Below are positions 52,841 to 64,000 of a stretch of DNA of 64,000 bases, one piece after another (within the stretch, counting starts at the first letter, position 1; every line of letters starts with the position of its first letter). Position numbers and translations under genes: made by a program. Below the pieces are notes generated by a model, which was not told where the DNA came from, ran no database searches, and saw nothing but the letters and a program-made list of their open reading frames with translations. This stretch comes from Octopus sinensis (taxonomy: Eukaryota), in the NCBI RefSeq assembly GCF_006345805.1, contig NC_043010.1, forward strand, positions 30,318,001 through 30,382,000, written 5' to 3'.

Positions 52841-55249
52841 ATTTAAAGGATCTTTTCACTTTGACTGGCAGATTTAAAAAATAATTTCTTTGTAACTAAA
52901 CACTTTTAAACTTCGTATACTGGTAGAATGTGTCACATAAAACATCTTTTTCTCTTGGCTTTCTTGAGAAAATTCTGTAGTTTGTAAGCTATTTGTTGTT
53001 AAATTTCTTGCATTTCGGCAATTTCAACCAATCAATGACATCTATTGAGATGAATACAATTTCTGCTGTTGTTTGTCAACAACTTCCTGCGGTCTCTATT
53101 TAGTTTGTCACTTATTTATGACATATTTCATATCAGTCACGTTCATATGAATAAAAGATTGTGTTAGGGGTGGGGGGAAGGGTTTCTTTTCTCTTCAGAA
53201 ATGTAAATAACCCACGTGGGTTTATAAGTGACAGCTACACCACTGGAAGTTCTTGAAAAGATCCAATTTAAATGCTACAAGGCTATTGCATGCTACTGTA
53301 AGTACTATCCAGTTTAACTAATCAAAAAGAATCTGCAAATTCAGAACTTTTAAAAAGATCAGCATATCATTATTACTGTGATATGTAGAGTATAATTGCT
53401 TTCATCATCATCATAGTCATTTAACGTCTCTTTTCCATGCTGGCATGGGTCGGATGGTTTCACAGGAGCCAAGCCACTGGACTGCACTATGCTCTAATGT
53501 CTGCTTTGGCATGGTTTCTGTGGCTGGAAACCCATCCTAACATCAACCACTTAACAGACTGTACTGATCCTTTTTACATGGCACTGGCACTAGTGAGGTC
53601 ATAAAACAAGTGAGGTGGGTGTAGTTTTAAGGGAGGTTGCTTTATGTAAAAGGGATATGTGGCAAGGACCTAGATTGGTGAGATCAACCATAGGTCAGCA
53701 GCTGGAAAGAATAACGTATTTCACAGATTAATCAAGAGAGCCTGAGTGGAGGTGACCTGACACGTTGGCTACAAAGGAGCATAGGCCACTATAGTAGCAG
53801 TAGAAAGGCAGGGAGCGGAGACGGCATATCTGTGAGGTGGGGTTTGGTGTGTACTGGCAAACAACTTCATACCAATCAGTCAGGTGGTCTTCTATTGGAA
53901 GCAGCTTAGAATGTGTGTATAGTAGCAAAACCGTCCTAGATGAGGGAGTAGTATTCATTGTCGACCTCACTTGATCTTTGTAATGGGTTCGTAATTGTTG
54001 GGAGGAGCAAAAAATATTTTCTGGTTCTTCAGAAGGGAAAGGCGAATATTTGGGACTATAGCAAAAAAAATTGTTCTTTTACTTATGGTATTAAATTTCA
54101 AACCACTTAGCCATCAGACCTCGCGTAGCATTACTTGGTAAAGTATAATTCTAATTTAGGCGCAAGACCAGCAATTTTGAAGGGAGAGGTAGATCAGTCA
54201 ATTACATCGACCCCAGTGCTCAACTGGTACTTATTTTATCGACTCCGAAAGGATGAAAGGGAAAGTCGATCTCGGCAGAATTTGAACTCTGGACGTGCTA
54301 ACGATTTTGCCACCTCGCTGCTTTTCATGATCAACCATAATCCAATCTACTATTGGCACAAACCTGAAATTGGTGGGGTTAGTCGATTACATCGATCCCA
54401 GTGCTTGTATTTATTTTATCAACCCAGAAAGTCGATCCGAGGCGGATTTGAACTCGAATGTAAAGACAGAAGAAATGATGCTAAGCAGTTTTTGCAGCGT
54501 GCTAACGGTTCTGTTAGCTCGCAGTCTTTACGTGATCTACTATAATATTGCCACATTGTTGTGGTAAGCAAATGTTGACTGAAATACTCCTCAGGCTCCC
54601 ATTTTTACCTTTATTGTAAGGTCGTGCGTGGTTGTGTGATTAGATCATATTACTACCTCATACTTCAACTTCAATGTTACTGTGAGAATCTTGGATAAAT
54701 GTTTTCTCTTGTCTCATATTGATTAATACCTCATTAGTGGAATTTAGTTGAGAGGTAACTAGTATTTCATGATTTATGTAAAGAGTTGAATAAATTATTT
54801 GTATTAAAATGTTTCAATGCCTGTAATTAAGGTAAATAGAAAAGGAGAAGCGTAAAGTTTTGTATCTTTTTCATAACGTAAGATATTATTGGGAATATTC
54901 AGAAATCACTCGATGTCGCGATTTCCTAGATTACCTACGTGGTCAACAAAATCTGACTAGTGGCGACTTCGAGTGGAATAGGCTCCAGAGACGATTTTAT
55001 CTTTGGTACGCTTGATTAGTATAAATTCTGCACGTCTTGTCTCCTTGATAGAAAGCTTTGGGATGCAGCAGAGAAAGCATTGAAAAACACCAGAGACAGA
55101 CATGGATAGATGCTGACAACAATCACAAAAAAAAACGATCAGCGACAACACGACCTGCAGTTAATTTTTAGACTATTACAATTACAACAATAACATTCAA
55201 ACTCCCTCGACATTTGTTTTTAATGTATTCTTAAGTGTTCTAATAAGTG

Positions 55250-55950
55250 GTGGTCGAATAAAAGAATAAAAGTTTTGTTAGTCAAAAACCGCGACCTTCA
55301 CCAGCGTCCTTTTTTGTGCATTACTCAATATAGTTATCATCAACAGTTATATTTAGCTGAATAGGAATGCTGACATCTGCATGCTTTCGTTGCATCTTTC
55401 ACGTCGACAGAGCTGAATGTCTCAGTATGACAAAGTTGTGAGGTGTTGCATTAGAATTCCAAATAGTACACTGATTTAGAGCTTGTGATTTCCTTCTGCA
55501 AGCGCTATGAACTGCGTGCTGGTTCTTAATCTTCGATGAACATAACCTCATTCAGATCGTGATTTTTAATAACCCATGGTATCAGAACTTTATCAAAGAT
55601 ATTCAGACACTTTGTTGTGTTGCTGTTAAAACCAGCTTCTTTGAAATTAAGCAACACTACATGTCCATTTCTTGCAATGGCTCCAAACATCATTACCAGG
55701 ATAGTTCTTGCTTTTACATGACAGCAAGAACTATAGAAAGGTGCAACTCTGCAGTTGTGTCCATTGATGACTTGATCAATTACGAATTCCTCAACAAAAA
55801 ATACTCACTTTCTTTCCTGTGTTCTTCAGGTGAGACACTTTGGCACTAATTCAACCAAAAAGCCTTAGGAAGAAGAGCTGTGAAACTGGATGCAAACGAG
55901 GTTACGACTTTTAAACCTTGTAGTTATTGTCTTCCTGCATACTCCAGTTT
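55250..55950 (-). mobile_element. Decayed Tc1/mariner transposase (maT/DD37D-like)
   Basis: Minus-strand fragment VMMFGAIARNGHVVLLNFKEAGFNSNTTKCLNIFDKVLIPWV...VMFIED*EPAR resembles the VMVWG...L.PW...F.QD.APAH catalytic region. Confidence 0.55.
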
Positions 55951-56918
55951 TCTGCAATTTTGATCATGCTGGTGGATCGATACAGTGATAGATCGTTTTA
56001 AACCAGCCTGAAAGGTGTGGGTACACTTATAATCACATCAGTCATCCGGTGATATTAACAGTGAATATCTCTTATAGCCCTAAGTATAATCAGAATAAGC
56101 TACTTCTAATGTATAACTGTATTGGCAATTATGTCACGAGACCTACACATAACATTTTTGAGTTCAACCAATAAATTTCATTATTATGATTTCATAACTT
56201 CAGTACAATCTATCCAGAGTCACATGAAAAGCTAGTAAGACTTGTTACATGTAAAAATAGTCTTTAATTTATGATGTTTATAAAGACGTGATTTTTGAAA
56301 CAGGCGTAGGAGTGGCTGTGTGGTAAGTAGCTTGCTTACCAACCACATGGTTCAGGGTTCAGTCCCACTACGTGGTACCTTGGGCAAGTGTCTTCTACTA
56401 TAGCCTCGGGCCGACCAAAGCCTTGTGAGTGGATTTGGTAGACGGAAACTGAAAGAAGCCCGTCGTATATATGTGTCTGTGTTTGTCCCCCAACATCGCT
56501 TGACAACCGGTGCTGGTGTGTTTGCATCCCCGTGACTTAGCAGTTCAGCAAAGGAGACCGATAGAATAAGTACTAGGCTTACAAGGAGTGAGTCCTGGGG
56601 TCGATTTGCTCGACTAAAGGTGGTGCTCCAGCATGGTCACAGTCAAATGACTGAAACAAGTAAAAGAGAGAGAGAGAGAGTCTCAAATTAGCCAGTTGGG
56701 TCTGTCTGCATGGCAAGGAGAATGCAATGCTTTACAAACAATATCCCAGACTCTTCCATGTTAATTTTCATTACCAGAAATGCACAGTCGGAAATCTGTC
56801 ACCAATGACACTACTGTTCACTAATTGTGATGTAAATTCATACATAAAAGGTTGGTGTTAAGGTACCGAAGTGGTGGTGAGAGACAAATACAAAAACAAA
56901 GTTAAACATACATAGGAA

Positions 56919-57396
56919 CTACTTTGGCATGTCATCTACAATTTAAAGCGAGATTACTTTAGGTCACTATTTAGTTTAGTTTTCAATTTCTAAAAACCCT
57001 TAAGATGTTAGCTGAAGAATTTTACAATGTAATCAGTGATGAGACGAAGGCAATTGCATTTTTACGAAAAAAATGACTTTTTAGATGAAGAAAATGTTGG
57101 TCGATATCATCGGTGTTGTGGAGAAATGAAGGAAGCTCAAAGAGAAGGTGAAAACGGTGAAATTTTGTCAACTTTACGTTGCAAAACTCGCCGCTCCCAA
57201 ACTTGTGTGACATATGCGCTTATTTTAATTATTATATTGTTTATTCTCAATTTCTTCTTATTATTTACTAAGACAGAAATGATACATGGTTTTATTGTTA
57301 TTAAAATAGTGAGAATTTTGAAAAAAATACATTTAGAATATCAAGTATAAACAAAAAGTTATCTCCCTTTAAATTGTAGATCACACACCAAAGTAG
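56919..57396. mobile_element. MITE with ~42-bp TIRs
   Basis: ctactttggcatgtcatctacaatttaaagcgagattacttt pairs with aaagttatctccctttaaattgtagatcacacaccaaagtag. Confidence 0.75.
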
Positions 57397-58590
57397 CATC
57401 CATACATACATACATAACACGGGCTTCTTTCAGTTTCTATCAATCAAATCCCTTCACAAGACTTTAGTTAGCAGGGAGCTAAAGTAGATAGCACATGGTT
57501 GGGAAGCAAGCTTAGTTACGACATAACTACACCTCATATTCATATACTTTGAAGCAATACTCTCTACGGCAAATAAAATAGTGCCATTGCAGAAGAAAGA
57601 AAACAGTTCTATCAACCTAAGTCGCTAAATATTTCAGATGAAACATTTGATGTCCATGTCAAAGAAAGCACTAATTAACTAGAAACAAAAAATCTGTTTC
57701 ATGTAAAAAAGAAAAATATGTCTAAAATTTGTTTGCAGTGTATGCATGCATGCACGCACGTACTTACGTAATGACTAAAACGAGTAATATACGTACGCAC
57801 GTTCGTATGTATTATCTATGTTACTTGCTCCAATGGTTGGACTGAGGCGATGTTGGGGCACCACCTTGAAGGCTTTTGGTAGAAATGATCGACGGTTTCT
57901 ATTGCTGAACTGCTAGTTTATGGAGGCATAAACAAATCAACACGGGTTGTCAAGCAGTGACAAAGTACACACACATCACGGGATTCAACAGTTTTCTTCT
58001 TCCAAATTCACTCGAATTGGAGATATTGTAGAAGATAGTAACTCAAGGTGCTGCAGTGTCGAACGAACCCGAAACGACATAGTTGCAAAGTGGGATTTTT
58101 AACCATACAGTGACGCCTGCACGCAAACACAAAAATTAAGAGAGAAGTCCTTCTTACTGGACAAGAGGACAGCTGTATATATGTGTTTCTGCCTTAGTAG
58201 TATCATCAGAACAGCAGGCTTTCTACCTTGACTGAGATATATACCGACCCCCCCCCCCCCCAAAAAAAAACAGAACATTTATGGCCAATGGAAATTTACA
58301 TAACGAAATGAGGATAGCGAAAATGAACTAAGAGAAAATAACTCTGAGTAGCCAGTGGCATGAATTGGAACTACAAAAACGAAGAAATATTTCTATTCTG
58401 TATCATAGATGTTCTTAATGTACAGCTATGTAAACTTTTAAAATTTAAACACCTTTACAAATACGGAAAACATAATTTGTAAAAGTTGTTTTCAAATAAT
58501 TTTCTCATTTAAAATTTGGGTTAATGTTTACTTTAAAAATACCTGAACCCCACCAAAAAAAAAACAAACAAACAAAAACAAAAACGCGGT

Positions 58591-59301
58591 TAATAGGTGT
58601 AAAAAAATGTGTATGAAACGAATATGTAAACAAAAATTTGCGCCAACGAACCGGGGTGGTGGAGAGAGGACTTTCGGAACATTCACAAGATCCGATTATT
58701 TCCCTCATAACTTTTAGGAAAATGGATATCTTGTAATGAAATTTTATATAAATACCTTTCAAACGGCATAGATTATGATTATAAAGAACATTTTGGGAAT
58801 TTTTCATTCAACACAGCTCTTCTTAGCCCCAACGGCGGAGATGTGCTAAAAACAACAGCTAAATCGCCCTTAACTTTTTTCCATCATGAAACCATATTCA
58901 ACACCGTATTTATGAATTTGTTTTTCTCACCATGATACATGGGATCTTTTTTTAAAACCTTTTTCTATTACTCAAACAAAAAATAAATGGATCTGAAAAT
59001 TTTTTTAAAACTTTTTTTCCATTACACTCAAGCAAAAAAATAATTTATGAATTTCTCTTCGAAAGTCCTCAACCAACCCCTCGAAAACATTTTCCCCATA
59101 AATTTCGTATTAATCATAATCTATGCCGTTCGAAGGATATTTATATAAAATTTCATTAAAAGATATCCATTTTCCTAAAAGTTACGAGGGAAAAAATCGG
59201 ATCTTGTAAATTTTCCGAAAGCCCTCTTCCCACCTCCCGGTTCGTTAGCGCAGAATTTTGTTTTCATATTCACTTAATACACATTTTTTAAACACTTATT
59301 A
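58591..59301. mobile_element. Foldback-like element with ~190-bp imperfect inverted arms
   Basis: 58591-58781 is the reverse complement of 59110-59301 (shared aacttttaggaaaatggatatc and aacggcatagattatgatt), with a ~330-bp spacer. Confidence 0.8.
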
Positions 59302-59687
59302 CACTTTTGCCTACCAATAAGCGTAAATAAATTCATTTAGATATTTTAAAATATTTATTTAATCGCTAATAATTTACCACTTTCTCTCTCTCTCTCTCTC
59401 TCTTTCTTTCTTCCTCTCTCTCTCTCTTTTACACGCACACATACACACGTTTTGAAGATAGTTGGCTCTTTGATGCAAAAATATATTGCGAGTTTTCCTC
59501 ACAGCATTCGTTTGATGGCCGCGTGTAAACTGGTCGAAGAGTAGTAAGTTGGTAGATTTCATAGCACAATAAACAGCCGGTAGGGGTGACCATCCAACTG
59601 ACTCGCTGTTCCGTACACCGTGTGCTGTCAACTTGTCGATCTTATTATGTCTCTGTGTATATATACATGTAATACATAAATATATAT

Positions 59688-59731
<44 letters not shown>

Positions 59732-60119
59732 TATCTCTATATTTCAAATCAGTGGATTGTACAGATGTACAGCTATGAGCCAGTAAGCCAGACAAGTAAA
59801 CCAGTGGTATTTACACAAATACCTCATACAAGCATACACACGGTTGTTGACGAGTTTCCAAGCGTAGTTCTTCCTAGTTGAGACTTCGAGGTATGATTAA
59901 ATTCCTTCTAACCTGTATATCTCTCGCTCTCTTGCCAAAAATGTATTTCCTGTGTAAATGGTGTATCTGTCGTCTCGTTTGTTTTTGCTCTTGTTTAACC
60001 CCAGGTTTTGTTCTCTGATTGAGCAGACCTTATTATCGAAGCCATTCCAGTCTCGGTCATCTTATAATCCCAAGTTCAAGCGGAAGATAATATTGTTCTA
60101 GATGCATATTACAGACACA

Positions 60120-60156
<37 letters not shown>

Positions 60157-60568
60157 TACACACACATACACGTATACACACATACACCCTTATTCAATGA
60201 TGGTTCAGTGTGATTTTGAGGTTACTTGTTTGCTATCTCTAACAGATCGAACTTCATCAATCCTTTGGTTGCCTCAACTTTCTATGAGCATTAATTTCAT
60301 GCAAGTGAGGACTGCAAGCATTTCTTTGGTATCTTACCCAAACAACCATCATGCTACACAGAACAACATTCTATGGTAGTCTCCAGAGATGGCGGGTCAG
60401 GCTTGTTAAATTATGTATGGAATGAAATACAATACACGTTATAACATAACCACCAACATACATATATTTGTGTTGTGTACGCCTGTGTATTTATTTATGT
60501 GTATGTATAAATCTCTCTCCCTATACATACATATATATGTATGAATATATATATATTCCGTAAACTCT

Positions 60569-60609
<41 letters not shown>

Positions 60610-60655
60610 CTTTTATCGGTTTCAGCTCAAAGCTGCGGCCATGCTGAGGCATCTT

Positions 60656-60692
<37 letters not shown>

Positions 60693-60704
60693 TCTTCCTT
60701 ATAT

Positions 60705-60760
<56 letters not shown>

Positions 60761-62599
60761 CATGCACACATATATATATATGTTTGCGTATGCATGTGTA
60801 TCTATTTGCACTCATACACACATTATAAACACCTTGTACTTAACTGTATATGTATGCCATTTCACATGCATTTGTTTGCATTTTGCTTTAACTTTTCTAA
60901 TATGTGTTTGCGCGCGCGCTGTATATTTATTTGTGAGAGAGTGTTGTGGTGATACATGTCATTTGTTATTTCCTCATTTAATAACACTTGCTTAGATACG
61001 GGTAAAAATATATTATTGTTTGTTAATCGTTACGGAACAACTTCAGAAAGCCTCAACGTTCCCACTGTTTATCTGATCCCTCACAAAACCTTTATCGCTC
61101 CTTCTGGCTGCGGAGTAGCAGAAGGAACGATATAGCATCAGATGAAAAATTAAAAAAAATAAAGAATTGTTCGTGGTATCATTTTAGTTCCGAACCCTTA
61201 TGTTCTGAGTTCAAATTTTGTATGGACAAGCGTAGCCTTTCATCATTCCAGGTTTGCTATAATGAAGTATCAGCGAAGTACTAGAGTCGATTTAATAATC
61301 CTATAAAGATTCGTACATATGGATGAAATTATAATAGAATACGAACCAAACCTGGCACCGTTTACGAGTTTTTTTGTGGGGTGGGGATTAAAATAATTAT
61401 TGTTATAAACCTAATTATTTTATTTCTTGCATTTGTATGATATTTCATGTCTTTTAAATAAAGATTCGGCGATTCATATTGCATCTCTTATTCATAAGAT
61501 TGGTACTTCTAGTGGTCTTTGTAAATCTGCTTTTAACCGATTAAGAGACATTAACGTCTCCAATCACTTTATCTATTCTTTTACTTGTTTCAGTCATTAG
61601 ACTGCGGTCATGCTGGGGCACCGCCTTGAATTCTTTAGTTGAAGAAATCGACCCCCAGTACTTTCGTTTTTTTTTTTTAAACCTGGTACTTATTCTATCA
61701 GTCCCTTTTGCCGAACTGCTAAATACAACAACGCTACTTGTCAAGCAGTGGTGGGGGATAAACACAGACACGAAAACACACACATATGATACATATATAT
61801 GTATATATACGATAGACATTTTTTTTAGTTTCCATCTACGACATCCACTCACAAAGCCTGAGGCTGTAGTAGAGCACACTTGAAACTGAACCTGGAACCG
61901 TGTGGTTGGGATGCAAGCTTTGTCACTTCTTAGCCTTTCAATCTTTCATAGTTGATTAACAAAAATACGAATAAGGGTAATGGGTTGGCCACACTGTTAG
62001 GATGGCTTCCCTTGTTGTGTAACTTCCAGCTGTTTGTATTCTAACAGTAACACCTATGATAATACTGATACCAAGCTGTGTCAGAACTAAAGTGGTGGCC
62101 TTTTCTTTGAATAACACTGGTGGTGTAGAGAGGGAGGAGAGACTTGCATACATGACTAATTGCCAATCTTTCACTAAACACCATGCCCAGGCTGGCAAGA
62201 TGCAGATACTTAGTCAACACTGAACAATGGCACCTATTTCTAAGCTATTAGGTTTCAACTTACTATTGCTCAATATCAGCCTCTCCCCCATTATAGAGTC
62301 GTTTGAAAAATTTCTACAAGCCCATATGAAATCTTCTGCTTACATCACTGGGTAAATGCTTAGCAGCATTTCATCCATCTTCACATTTTGAGTTGAAATT
62401 CTGCTGAGATTGACTTTGCCTTTCATCCTTTCAGGGTTGATAAAATTAGTATCAGTTGAGTCCTGGGATCAATGTAATCAACTTATCCCCTCTCCTGAAA
62501 TTGCTGGCCTTGTGCTAAAATTTGAAACCAATATCAGCATGTGTTTCTTGCAAAGCAGCTAGATATTCCAGTTGTTCTTTGGTTTATTCTGATTCACCT

Positions 62600-63300
62600 G
62601 GAAGTAAAAGAAGGCTTTTTAAAAATATCTTATGGGGTTTAGTGAGAGGAAGAAAGTAGAGCCTTTGACCCTTACTAGTGTTTCTCAGACTGGTAAGAAG
62701 AGTGGAAGTTGTCTTCTAATTGGAGACTGGTCTGTATACTTGTAACAGGGTGAGCACTACTATAGAGACTCAAGAGCCATGTGGTGGAGATGGTGTTAAT
62801 TTGGGCAAGGATTAAATCTATCATCCAGGAACAGGATCAGTCCCTCTGACAGTCTTCCAAACAATTTTTGCTTATTGAATATCAGCCACAATATTTTGGT
62901 CAACGCGAAGCTTTTGTAGAAGTCTCTTGCCCCAAATGCTGTTCGGTGGGATTACTGGGAAGGACAGCATCAAAACAATCTTCTTAACCACTACACAGCC
63001 ATATCTGCATTCATTACAATGTTCTTTGTAAACTGGCTGAGGATTTTACTGCCAACATGCATCAATTTATTGTGGTAGATTCCCACTGTTTTTATGTACT
63101 GAGTCTAGAGGAAGGGGCAGTGCAGATCAAGAGGTGCTATCATTAGCTCATTAACCAGAAAAGACATTACCAGTTGGGCTTTCAGTACTCTTAAGTGTTC
63201 TAACTAACGACCATCTGTAAGTTTTTACCACATGAAATAAGACTGTGTTTTTCATGAAGGGGCCCGCTGAACTACTGAGCTTGATGCTATTGATGTTTCA
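62600..63300 (-). mobile_element. Possible highly decayed CR1/L2-group LINE fragment (similar remnant at about 53690-53980)
   Basis: Weak motifs only (VLKAQL; RLRSLPFYCYYSGLCS in the 53.7-kb ORF). Confidence 0.3.
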
Positions 63301-64000
63301 TTTGAACTGTTGCAGGTCAGCCTTGTAGAAAAGACATGAGTGGGGAGGAGGTTCCAGCGGGATAAAGACTGGAGAGGAAGGTCTAGGTATGGTGGTTAGT
63401 GCAAGGCCAGGAGCAAGTGGGTGGGGACAGATGCAACAAAAGTGATGGGAGGTGGAGAGATGAGTGAGTTGGGCCTGTCATTATTGGTGGAGGTACTTGA
63501 CCAGCCACTACCGAATTGTTAGTGCATTGGACAAAATGCTTTGTGGTATTTCTGCTGACTTACAATCTGAGTTCCAATTCAACTGGGGTCAACTTTGCCT
63601 TTAATCACTCTGGGATCAATAAGATAGGTACCAGTGTCATACCGGAGCTGATAGTATCAACTAAACCCCTCCTCTCAAGCATGCTGGCCTTGCACCAAAA
63701 TGTGAAACCATTATAATAGCAATATGAAGAAGGATCAGAACACCTGTGAGCTAGAGGCTAGGGTGTATCCCTTTGTGATTGAATTCCAATTAGTTGAATG
63801 GCCCTATTTACAACGCACATTATTTAGTTGACAGGTAGTCAATATAGATTTGAGAAGATATTAAGGACAGGTTGAACTGAGATCACTGTTCCATAAAGGA
63901 CAAAAAGCTTCATGTGGACTAAAGTCAAGATTTTTATATATGTTCCTTTTCTTATCAGGCAGATGAGGGAGATGAGCTAATAGATGTAAGTTTCTTTGAT

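Noticed and set aside
57036-57350. 104-aa ORF with a hydrophobic C-terminus
   Set aside because: Lies inside a MITE, has a non-ATG or weak start, and the hydrophobic stretch is just T-rich sequence.

Overview
AT-rich, microsatellite-dense eukaryotic genomic DNA, most consistent with an octopus or other coleoid cephalopod (inferred from recalled SINE families and ZNF gene architecture; no search was run). Two host genes are supported. One is a multi-exon + strand gene (about 9.5-22.9 kb) for a single-pass, Cys-containing, Thr/Ser/Glu-rich mucin-like glycoprotein. The other is a single-coding-exon C2H2 zinc-finger gene (49176-50621). Most of the rest is transposon-derived: R4/Dong-like LINEs abutting (AAT)n tracts, Penelope-like elements whose terminal repeats carry minimal hammerhead-ribozyme motifs, CR1, L1/Tx1 and RTE LINE remnants, a Gypsy 3' end, pogo- and mariner-type transposase remnants, Helitron-like elements, several MITE/foldback elements and many tRNA-derived SINEs. 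A 3-unit tandem array of about 1.2-1.5 kb units lies at 3.0-7.0 kb. Most long ORFs in the track are microsatellite artefacts. No CRISPR array, rRNA or genuine tRNA gene was seen. I found no clearly new biological system; the best leads are the non-canonical hammerhead motifs, the (AAT)n-targeted retroelement nest and the unnamed C-terminal module of the mucin-like protein.
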